Source of the DNA: an uncultured Gammaproteobacteria bacterium
GTDB lineage: Bacteria; Patescibacteriota; Patescibacteriia; Patescibacteriales; GWC2-42-12
Reading direction: 5' to 3'
Assembly (NCBI GenBank): GCA_964560005.1
Contig: CAZLKB010000001.1
Coordinates: forward strand, 221,216-285,215
DNA length: 64,000 nucleotides
Shown: in pieces, positions 56,280 through 63,480 of the stretch
Numbering within the stretch: the stretch's first letter is position 1
How the letters are laid out: each line of letters opens with the position of its first letter
The notes under the pieces: model-generated
The model's database searches: none
Told to the model about the DNA's origin: nothing
Seen by the model: only the letters and a program-made list of their open reading frames with translations
Program-made: the position numbers and the translations under genes

Positions 56280-56356
56280 GGCTGGGTAGCTCAGTTGGCT
56301 AGAGCGTAGCACTCATAACGCTAAGGTCGAGAGTTCGAGCCTCTCCCCAGCCACCA
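56280..56356 (+). tRNA. tRNA-Met(CAT) (elongator Met or Ile2-type cannot be told apart), CCA encoded
   Basis: Acceptor GGCTGGG/CCCAGCC, anticodon loop CTCATAA, T arm GAGAG-TTCGAGC-CTCTC, then ACCA. Confidence 0.85.
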
Positions 56357-56360
56357 TTAG

Positions 56361-56433
56361 GCGCCGTTAACTCAGTTGGTAGAGTACCTGCCTCTTAAGC
56401 AGAGAGTCGCTGGTTCGAATCCAGCACGGCGCA
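56361..56433 (+). tRNA. tRNA-Lys(CTT)
   Basis: Acceptor GCGCCGT/ACGGCGC, anticodon loop CTCTTAA, T arm GCTGG-TTCGAAT-CCAGC. Confidence 0.85.
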
Positions 56434-56447
56434 CAAAAATAAAAAAA

Positions 56448-56474
56448 CAAGGCTCTGATCAGCCTTGTTTTTTT
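56448..56474. terminator. bidirectional terminator between the tRNA cluster and the HU gene
   Basis: aaaaaaa-caaggct-ctgatc-agccttg-ttttttt. Confidence 0.75.
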
Positions 56475-56490
56475 GCGATATCTTTAGGCT

Positions 56491-56772
56491 CTATTTTCCC
56501 TTGAGCGCGTCTTTTAAGGTCTTGCCGGTTTTAAATTTTGCCACTGTAACCTGCGGTATCTGGATTCTTTCGGTGGGTTTTTGCGGATTGACTCCGCCTC
56601 TGGCATGCCTGGTTTTTGCCATAAAAGTGCCGAAACCGGTGATGGTTACTTCATTGCCGACTTTAAGTTCGGAAATTATCGTGCCGACTAAAGTCTCAAT
56701 CATGTCTTCGGCTTGTTTTTTTGTGACCGCTACTTCAGCGGCGATTTTTTCAATTAAGCCTGCTTTGTTCAT
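56491..56772 (-). CDS. hup: HU-family DNA-binding protein
   Basis: MNKAGLIEKIA...TITGFGTF...RNPQT-like GVNPQKPTERIQIP arm; 93 aa. Confidence 0.9.
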   Translation of the reverse strand: MNKAGLIEKIAAEVAVTKKQAEDMIETLVGTIISELKVGNEVTITGFGTFMAKTRHARGGVNPQKPTERIQIPQVTVAKFKTGKTLKDALKGK

Positions 56773-56888
56773 AAAATTATAATTGGGAAGCAGAGTCTAT
56801 ATTTAGTCTCTACCACCCCATTTAGTTTATTATTTTATATTAAAAATATAATACGAATACTACGAATATGGTACAAATATTACAAAAA

Positions 56889-57686
56889 TTAATTAATTTC
56901 TACAAACCTGGTGATTGGCTTGATGGTCTTGGTTTTTTTCGTCTTGGGATCAATTGACAGTAACACCGCGTTGAAAATCGCTCGGCCGGTTTCGGGAATA
57001 ACATGCGGATATTTTATTTGCGTTAAAAAGGTTTTAAGAATGCCGTCTTTCTCTACTCCTAAGACTCCGTCAGCGAATCCGGTCTGGCCGACATCGGTTA
57101 TCAGCGCCGTACCGGCTTTAGAAATCTGCGCGTCAGCCGTCATAATATGAGTATGCGTGCCGAGAATGGCGCTGGCTCGGCCGTCTAAATAATGGAACAT
57201 CGCTATCTTTTCCGAAGTGGCTTCGGCGTGTATATCAACAATTATACCAGATATATTATTAATGGCAAGATTAGATAAAATTTTATCGGCTTCAGCAAAT
57301 GGATTATTAAAATCCATAGGCATAAAGACTTGGCCGATTAAGCTGATGAGCAATATTTTATGGCCATTTTTTTCAATAACCGTTTGCCCGCGTCCGGGCG
57401 CGGCTTCAGCGTAATTGGCCGGCCGAAGCAGGGGCAGGCCGCTATCGTAAAGGTTAAGATGCGCCGTATTGCCGAAGCAATGATCGCCGCCGGTAAAGCC
57501 GTCTACGCCGGCAGCCATCATTTCATTAATGGTGTCTTTGGAAATGCCGTTGCCATGAGCCAAGTTATCGGCGTTGGCGATAATCAAATCAGGCTTAAAT
57601 TCCCGCTTTAAATCGGGCAGAATTTTTTTTACGGCTAGGCGGCCGATTTTACCGTTGATTTCGCCGATGAAGAGGATAGAAAGCAT
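56889..57686 (-). CDS. YmdB-like (TIGR00282-type) metallophosphoesterase
   Basis: LFIGEINGKIGR, ANADNLAHGNG, GGDHCF and GTHTH motifs. Confidence 0.8.
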   Translation of the reverse strand: MLSILFIGEINGKIGRLAVKKILPDLKREFKPDLIIANADNLAHGNGISKDTINEMMAAGVDGFTGGDHCFGNTAHLNLYDSGLPLLRPANYAEAAPGRGQTVIEKNGHKILLISLIGQVFMPMDFNNPFAEADKILSNLAINNISGIIVDIHAEATSEKIAMFHYLDGRASAILGTHTHIMTADAQISKAGTALITDVGQTGFADGVLGVEKDGILKTFLTQIKYPHVIPETGRAIFNAVLLSIDPKTKKTKTIKPITRFVEIN

Positions 57687-57796
57687 AGTTTAAAGTTAAA
57701 ATCTCAAAATGTAAAATGACAGTTTAAAATGAAAAATTAAAATTTCTTTATTGTCATTGTGATCAACTAGAAGTAGCGAAGTAATCTCAGTCATCA

Positions 57797-57918
57797 GTCA
57801 TTCCGGCCTTAAAGCCGACCTGCCCGTCTAGGGCGGGAGGCGAGCCGGAATCCAGGGGTTATAAGTATATACGTATTTACTGCTCTCACCTAGATTGCGG
57901 GTCAAGCCCGCAATGACA
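57797..57918. repeat. REP-like composite palindromic element
   Basis: gtcattccggccttaaagccgacctgcccgtctagggcgggaggcgagccggaatcc...gattgcgggtcaagcccgcaatgaca. Confidence 0.8.
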
Positions 57919-57973
57919 GAAAGATTTTAAATTTTGCATTGTCATTTTTAACTTTGATTTTTGCATTTTACAT

Positions 57974-59491
57974 TTATCTTGCGTATTCGGTCACTCGCAT
58001 TTCTCTAATGACATTAACCTTGATTTCGCCCGGGTATTTTAATTCTTGTTCAATTTTTTTAGCGATTTCCTTAGCCACATTGATCGCCGCCAGATCGTCA
58101 AGCTTGTCCGGGGTAACGAAGACTCTGACTTCCCGGCCGGCCTGAATGGCGTAGGCTTTTTCAATGCCATCAAACGAAGTGGCGATTTTTTCCAGTTCTT
58201 CCAGGCGCTGGATATAGTTTTCGAAAGTGTCGCGGCGCGCGCCCGGACGGGCGGCCGAGATGGCGTCGGCCACTTTAACGATAACGGAAATCAAACCGTT
58301 AGGCCGGTCATCGTGGTGAGTTAAGATCGGGGCGATCAGCTCTTCGGTTAAGCCGAATTTCTTAGCGATATTGGCGCCGATTTCCGGATGAGTGCCTTGG
58401 ACTTCGTGGTCAACCGCCTTGCCGATATCGTGAAGCAGGCCGCCTTTCTTAGCCAAGGTGACATCGGTGCCCAACTCTTCCGCGATTAGGGCGGACAGAT
58501 GAGCCACTTCAACCGAATGCTTAAGGCAGTTTTGGCCGTAGCTGGTTCTGTATTTAAGGCGTCCGAGAATTTGCACTAATTTAGTATCCAGGCCGGCTAC
58601 TCCGACTTCGTAGATCGCTTCCTCGCCGGCCTTTTTAATATCCAAGGCCAATTCTTCCTTGGCCTGCTTGATGGCGTCTTCAATCTTGGTCGGGTGGATG
58701 CGGCCGTCTTTAATTAAATAATCAAGAGTTCTCTTGGCCACATGCCGCCTGATCGGCGAGAAGCCGGAAATAGTGATGGCATTAGGCGTATCATCAACGA
58801 TGATTTCCACGCCGGTCAGTTGTTCAATTACTTTAATATTTCTGCCTTCGCGGCCGATAATTCTTCCCTTCATCTCATCATTGGGCAGGTCCACGGTGGT
58901 AGTGGTTATTTCCGTGGCGAAAGTTGAGGCCAGGCGCTGCATGGCTCCGGCCATTAAATCGCGTGCTTTTTCGTCCAGGCTGTCCGAGGATTCTTTTTCC
59001 AATTTATTAATCCTGATAACCAAATCATCCTTAATTTCCCTTTCAATGTTTTTAAATAAAACCTGCTTGGCTTCTTCTTTTGACAGGCCGGCGATTTTTT
59101 CCAGCTTAGCCAGCTGTTCATCGTGGATTTTTTTTATTTTTTCCTTGACTTCCTCTACTTTATTGACTTTGTCGTATAAGAGCTGCTGCTTATCTTGCAA
59201 TTCCAAGAGTTTTTGGGAAAAGACGGTCTCTCTTTTCTCCAGCCTGATTTGCAGATTGTTGACTTCTTGGCGCCTTTTATCGTCCTCTCTTTTAGCCTCG
59301 TCAATGATTTTTAAGGCTTTATCCTGGGCGGCCAGGAGCAATTCTTTTTGCTTAGCCTTAGTCTCGGTTAAGATTTTTTCGGCGCGCGATTCAGCGCTTT
59401 GAACCATGGCCAGGCCTCTTTTTTTTCTGGTATAGTAGCCGACAAAAAAACCGCCGATTACGGCTAGAATTCCAATAATGATAATATCCAT
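57974..59491 (-). CDS. rny: ribonuclease Y
   Basis: N-terminal TM helix, coiled coil, a KH domain (GRIIGREGRNIK) and an HD domain (LLHDIGKA). Confidence 0.9.
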   Translation of the reverse strand: MDIIIIGILAVIGGFFVGYYTRKKRGLAMVQSAESRAEKILTETKAKQKELLLAAQDKALKIIDEAKREDDKRRQEVNNLQIRLEKRETVFSQKLLELQDKQQLLYDKVNKVEEVKEKIKKIHDEQLAKLEKIAGLSKEEAKQVLFKNIEREIKDDLVIRINKLEKESSDSLDEKARDLMAGAMQRLASTFATEITTTTVDLPNDEMKGRIIGREGRNIKVIEQLTGVEIIVDDTPNAITISGFSPIRRHVAKRTLDYLIKDGRIHPTKIEDAIKQAKEELALDIKKAGEEAIYEVGVAGLDTKLVQILGRLKYRTSYGQNCLKHSVEVAHLSALIAEELGTDVTLAKKGGLLHDIGKAVDHEVQGTHPEIGANIAKKFGLTEELIAPILTHHDDRPNGLISVIVKVADAISAARPGARRDTFENYIQRLEELEKIATSFDGIEKAYAIQAGREVRVFVTPDKLDDLAAINVAKEIAKKIEQELKYPGEIKVNVIREMRVTEYAR

Positions 59492-59932
59492 AGATTGGTA
59501 TTCCAGGGTCGGTGGTCAATATTATTCGGATGTGCCGCCCCGCATGTTGCGGGGTAGTGCGGCTCGCGAAGCGATAACAAAAACAAAACCAAATTTAATT
59601 TAGTTTGGGCAAATATTTTGAAGTGGTTTCAAGATTTTAGAGAAAATTTTAATTGCCACAAAATTGCTAATCTAAAGATAAAATTTGTTCTTGTCGCGTC
59701 TCGCTTTAATCTGATCGACCGCTGGAATTTATAATTAATTATTTACAATATTTACCTTAACATAAGGACGAGAGTTTGACAAGGGCGGAATATATTGACA
59801 GCAACCGGCATGAGGTGTTAAGTTTGGGTCATCACCAGTTCTTTTAAATAGCGGTTCGGCGGGTGGCTAACTGCCTTGAGCTTCTTTCATAGGGAGTTTA
59901 GGGCAGTTAACCAATCAATCTTTATTAAAATT

Positions 59933-60424
59933 ATGCCGACCGCCAATTATATTATCAGTTCGTTTTATAACATCAGCCCCATCAATACGGTTGAGGAGGG
60001 TATTAGTCGGGGGCGCTTCCAGGACCAAGACCCCTTTATTGACAATCAAACAGTGCCGCTCTGGCCAGCCGCGGGAGAAAAAACCGTCCATGTTGTTTGT
60101 TTTAATAAGGAAACCGGCAACTGCGAATACCCCGAGCTTTTATGGCAGATTAGAATGCGGCCTTGCCGCGATGCTCCGAACTATTTCTTAGGTTTAATGG
60201 CACAATGGCCGGAGGACCAGATGGCTTCAACGCAGTTAAGCAACACGCATATTGTCGCGGCCGAACCGGATGGGCTCGCCGCTTCCTTTTATAACAGTGA
60301 AGGCGATAACTGCTATCTATATGCTAACCGTCGCGGGTTGGTTCGCGGGCTCTTCCTTATGGATAAGGAAGGAGCCAAATGGCCAGAAAACTTTGGCTTT
60401 CTGGCGGAGGACCTGGCGCCCTAA
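59933..60424 (+). CDS. hypothetical protein (163 aa, GC-rich)
   Basis: ATG at 59933 is preferred because the track start at 59876 is TTG. No motif recognised. The leader carries a compact box A/box B-like string at 59874-59896. Confidence 0.45.
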   Translation: MPTANYIISSFYNISPINTVEEGISRGRFQDQDPFIDNQTVPLWPAAGEKTVHVVCFNKETGNCEYPELLWQIRMRPCRDAPNYFLGLMAQWPEDQMASTQLSNTHIVAAEPDGLAASFYNSEGDNCYLYANRRGLVRGLFLMDKEGAKWPENFGFLAEDLAP

Positions 60425-60528
60425 GCGCCTTAATTAGACTATTGAACCCTTGGTACTTATAGTATTTCGGGTTCTTTTTTTACGCGGATATTTTAGGTAT
60501 GATCAGCAGGCATTTTGAATAACAAAAA

Positions 60529-60823
60529 CCCCCGCTGGGCTATAGGTCGGAGGCAACGGAAGTTATACGAGCCAAGAAACAATAGTTAGAGGAGAGAGTT
60601 TTTTGAGAGCCTACCTCAAAAATAGCTTTAAGTCATTTTCAAGGATTTTTCCGGCGAAAAATTAGAAAATTGAGAAGTAATAGTGTTACTATTACGACGA
60701 AATTTTATAATTTTTTTAGCCGAAAAAGACTGAAAATGAGCCATAGATATTTTTGAGGTAGGCTCGAACGCTCATATTGTAGCCTGACTTGATTCTGTTG
60801 CGCGATCTATAGCCCGACGGGGG
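60529..60823 (-). ncRNA. about 295-nt nested palindrome, candidate hairpin RNA or MITE-like element
   Basis: Outer arms cccccgctgggctatag 60529-45 / ctatagcccgacggggg 60807-23 (15 of 17 bp). Inner arms gagcctacctcaaaaata 60607-24 / tatttttgaggtaggctc 60748-65 are a perfect 18 bp. On the minus strand it is preceded by TGCTATAAT and followed by TTTTTG. Confidence 0.45.
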
Positions 60824-60851
60824 CTTATTAATATTATAGCACTTTTATTTT

Positions 60852-60919
60852 CTCTATGAATCCACAATCCTTTAGAATTATGAACTCAAGTGAGAGGGTG
60901 AACGCCGCATCGTTCACCC
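60852..60919 (-). repeat. inter-ORF bipartite structured element, copy 1
   Basis: Minus sense: GGGTGAACGATGCGGCGTTCACCC TCTCACTTGAGTTCATAAT tctaaagga TTGTGGATTCATAGAG. Confidence 0.75.
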
Positions 60920-60962
60920 TATTTTAATAAAGTTTGGCATCATTGCGGAATGCCTTAGTAAA

Positions 60963-61187
60963 CTATCCGGCCGATTGCCGGTAGCTTTGGAATGCCCGGC
61001 ACACCCGGATTATCAGGTCCACCCCCCACCAGACCAAGGTTTCACGCCAGTCGGCGTGAGAATAGTCCAGCTGCCAGTCATTACCGCCAGCCGACACGCT
61101 GGCCAGCAGACTGGCTGGCTTGGTTCCTGGGGGCGGAACCAGGAAGACTCCGTCGAAAGATCCGCCGATACACTTTATTAATACCAT
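60963..61187 (-). CDS. small hypothetical protein, MxLIKCIGG family (74 aa)
   Basis: MVLIKCIGGSFDGV... is a paralog of 62734-63087. It starts 27 nt after element copy 2. Confidence 0.55.
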   Translation of the reverse strand: MVLIKCIGGSFDGVFLVPPPGTKPASLLASVSAGGNDWQLDYSHADWRETLVWWGVDLIIRVCRAFQSYRQSAG

Positions 61188-61214
61188 AACTTTTCGTATT
61201 TGGTTTTTTTCTAA

Positions 61215-61307
61215 CTCTATGAACCCACAATTTTTGCCTCTTCGGCCAAGAAGAGTTAAATTACGGACTCAAGTGAGGGGAGAAGCAACCGGTTGATCGC
61301 TCCTCCC
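61215..61307 (-). repeat. inter-ORF bipartite structured element, copy 2
   Basis: Minus sense: GGGAGGAGCGATCAACCGGTTGCTTCTCCCC TCACTTGAGTCCGTAAT [ctcttc-ttggcc-gaagag hairpin] TTGTGGGTTCATAGAG. Confidence 0.75.
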
Positions 61308-61326
61308 GGAAATGACCGACTGTCGG

Positions 61327-61791
61327 TTAGTCGGCGGCGGCCAGTTCGGCTTGGCGGGCGAGAACTGCTGCTCGCTCTATAGGCAGCCTATAAGGAGACA
61401 GGGCATTGAAAGCGACTTTAATCGCCTCAATCTCGGACTCCTTATAAAAGAGGCTATCTAAGTAGATTTCCTCGCCGTCGGCCGTTAAAAAGCCATGGCG
61501 AAGAAATTCGTTGTAAACTCCATGGGCCGACAATTTTGGCTTAATAGTGATGGTATAGACCCTGCGGCCTCCGAGGCTGGACCGCATCTCGCCGATGCGG
61601 TCGGCCAGGAAGACTATCAACGTTTCAAGTTGCGTCGCCATTTTTCTGGCCGCAACCTGTCGGCGCGCCTGTTCGGCGCGAATTTCTGGATCCTCCGGAG
61701 GCGCTACCGGGAGAGCCGACGTCTTTTTCCTGGCCAGGAGGCCAAGGATAAATAGGACTAATCCTCCGATTGCTTTGGTCATCTTTTTCAT
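61327..61791 (-). CDS. hypothetical N-terminally membrane-anchored protein (154 aa)
   Basis: MKKMTKAIGGLVLFILGLLA anchor. No motif recognised. Confidence 0.55.
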   Translation of the reverse strand: MKKMTKAIGGLVLFILGLLARKKTSALPVAPPEDPEIRAEQARRQVAARKMATQLETLIVFLADRIGEMRSSLGGRRVYTITIKPKLSAHGVYNEFLRHGFLTADGEEIYLDSLFYKESEIEAIKVAFNALSPYRLPIERAAVLARQAELAAAD

Positions 61792-61889
61792 GTTTTTTAT
61801 TTAAGCCTGTTTTTAGTCGGTTGACTCAACGACTTTTATTGTACTGGATTTCGGTTTGCTGCCAAGCTAACCTCTGTCCAGTTTTTTGA

Positions 61890-61978
61890 TCTCTATGAAT
61901 CCACGATTTCGCCTTTTGATTTTTTAGTATTGGCGGATAATTATGGACTCAATGAAGAGGAGATTTAAGGGCAATCTC
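61890..61978 (-). repeat. inter-ORF bipartite structured element, copy 3
   Basis: Minus sense: GGAGATTGCCCTTAAATCTCC TCTTCATTGAGTCCATAAT [variable 33 nt] TCGTGGATTCATAGAG. Confidence 0.75.
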
Positions 61979-62005
61979 CAAACCGAGAAATCAACAGGCA
62001 AAAGC

Positions 62006-62599
62006 CTAGTTAACTTTGACGAGATGCTCCCCGTTCTGTTCAAAAACAGGGACATACATCCCGTTGTCAGTGCCCATAAGGAAGGTTTTCCCTTCTTCCG
62101 GGCGAATCTTAAACCTTTCCCAGGGGATCACCTCAACCCCTTCTTTGCCTGTGTTGACGTATGTCACCTTAAAGGTCAGGAGCAAATTTGGAAGGTCCTG
62201 GGTTGAGCCCAGGGCTGTGCCAACCAGAGTATACTTCCGGCTGGTGTCGACCGATACTTCTCCGCTAATACCGGAGAATGAAACCGTTTTAACGATTTGT
62301 TTCCATTCGCCCTCCAGGCGTTTCCATTCCTTCTCGTCGGCGCGCCGTTCCGCGTGATTTAAATGGATTGCGTACAGATTGGGGCCTAGGACATACTCGG
62401 AAAAGTCCCGCTTGGGATAGATGATATACACGGCAGCCAGCTCCTGGGGCTTATCTACCTTGGCCATAAAGGCCTTACTGCTTCCCTCCTTCTGGAAGGT
62501 GATGAAGTTGCCCTGGACCGATACCGTGATTGGTGCCGCATTGACTGTTAAGGCCGTCAAAGCAAAGGTGGCCACGATTACAATAAGATTTTTTTTCAT
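62006..62599 (-). CDS. hypothetical secreted protein (197 aa)
   Basis: Signal-peptide-like MKKNLIVIVATFALTALTVNA|AP. No motif recognised. Confidence 0.6.
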   Translation of the reverse strand: MKKNLIVIVATFALTALTVNAAPITVSVQGNFITFQKEGSSKAFMAKVDKPQELAAVYIIYPKRDFSEYVLGPNLYAIHLNHAERRADEKEWKRLEGEWKQIVKTVSFSGISGEVSVDTSRKYTLVGTALGSTQDLPNLLLTFKVTYVNTGKEGVEVIPWERFKIRPEEGKTFLMGTDNGMYVPVFEQNGEHLVKVN

Positions 62600-62621
62600 T
62601 TTCTGTTTTTCTGTTTTTGTA

Positions 62622-62696
62622 TTTCTACCAATGAGCCTACAAGCAATCTTTCAGCTTATAAGTTCAAGAAGTAGGTGAACGCCGCATCGTTCACCT
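62622..62696 (-). repeat. inter-ORF bipartite structured element, degenerate copy
   Basis: Minus sense: AGGTGAACGATGCGGCGTTCACCT ACTTCTTGAACTTATAAG ctgaaagattgc TTGTAGGCTCATTGGTAGAA. Its hairpin core GTGAACGATGCGGCGTTCAC is identical to that of copy 1. Confidence 0.6.
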
Positions 62697-62733
62697 TATT
62701 GTTAAATTGTTTTGCGCTAAGCGGAGCGCAGTT

Positions 62734-63087
62734 CTATTCCGGCTGGACGATTTGTACCTCCAGCCCCTCCTCGTTGTCTCGGGCGACTTGGACATCATAC
62801 CTGGAGTCGACCAAGGCGTCTTCAAACGCCTGCAAGTCATTCTCCCGGGTGTATTCCACCCCGAGAAAGGACACCGAGCGGCCGTTTTTGACGGCGCGAT
62901 AAGCTCGCGCCATCAAATCCGCCCCGCCCCAGGCGATGGTTTCCTCCCGACTCGCCCGGGAGAAATCAATTTCCCAGCCCAACCCACTATTGACCAGGCT
63001 AAAAAGGTGGCCAATCGGTGGTTGCTGGAAGGAAGGTTCCCACACCTCGCCACTATTAGGTCCACCAATACATTTAATCAGTATCAT
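62734..63087 (-). CDS. small hypothetical protein, MxLIKCIGG family (117 aa)
   Basis: MILIKCIGGPNSGEVW... ATG at 63087 follows aaagaaaggcaaaa. The longer track ORF would read through the upstream element. Confidence 0.55.
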   Translation of the reverse strand: MILIKCIGGPNSGEVWEPSFQQPPIGHLFSLVNSGLGWEIDFSRASREETIAWGGADLMARAYRAVKNGRSVSFLGVEYTRENDLQAFEDALVDSRYDVQVARDNEEGLEVQIVQPE

Positions 63088-63114
63088 TTTTGCCTTTCTT
63101 TTATATTGTTTAAA

Positions 63115-63209
63115 CTCTATGAACCCACCATTTGCCCTCGCGCCAACGCGCGCGCAAATCATGAGTTCAATTGAGAGGGGGAAGCAATTGACCAACAATT
63201 GCCTCCCCC
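63115..63209 (-). repeat. inter-ORF bipartite structured element, copy 4
   Basis: Minus sense: GGGGGAGGCAATTGTTGGTCAATTGCTTCCCCC TCTCAATTGAACTCATGAT [GC hairpin] TGGTGGGTTCATAGAG. Confidence 0.75.
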
Positions 63210-63480
63210 GAAAACCTTTGTGACTATTTTCGTTCGTCACCCGAACGGGGAGTCAGCCGTCCCACGCCTCCAGTGTGTCGGTTTGAGATGTTAGTGAGGA
63301 ACCGTGCCCTGAGATACATAAACTCACTTTTTATCGGTAATATTCAGGGTTGGTGTTAAGCCAACCCAGCGGGCTTCATGTATAAAACCCGAATTTTTCC
63401 ATCGGAAGATTCATTGTCTTCCTTTCTTTTGCCGCCTCTCTCCGCGGCCGAGGGAAGCCTTGTTTTGGAAACGCGTAATG

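Noticed and set aside
60852-63209. An integron attC sites / CALIN interpretation of the inter-ORF elements.
   Set aside because: The R''/R' cores (RYYYAAC / GTTRRRY) are not present at the element ends. Box B ends TTCATAGAG, and the following bases differ between copies. No intI-like gene is in the window. I keep it only as an analogy and list IntegronFinder as a test.
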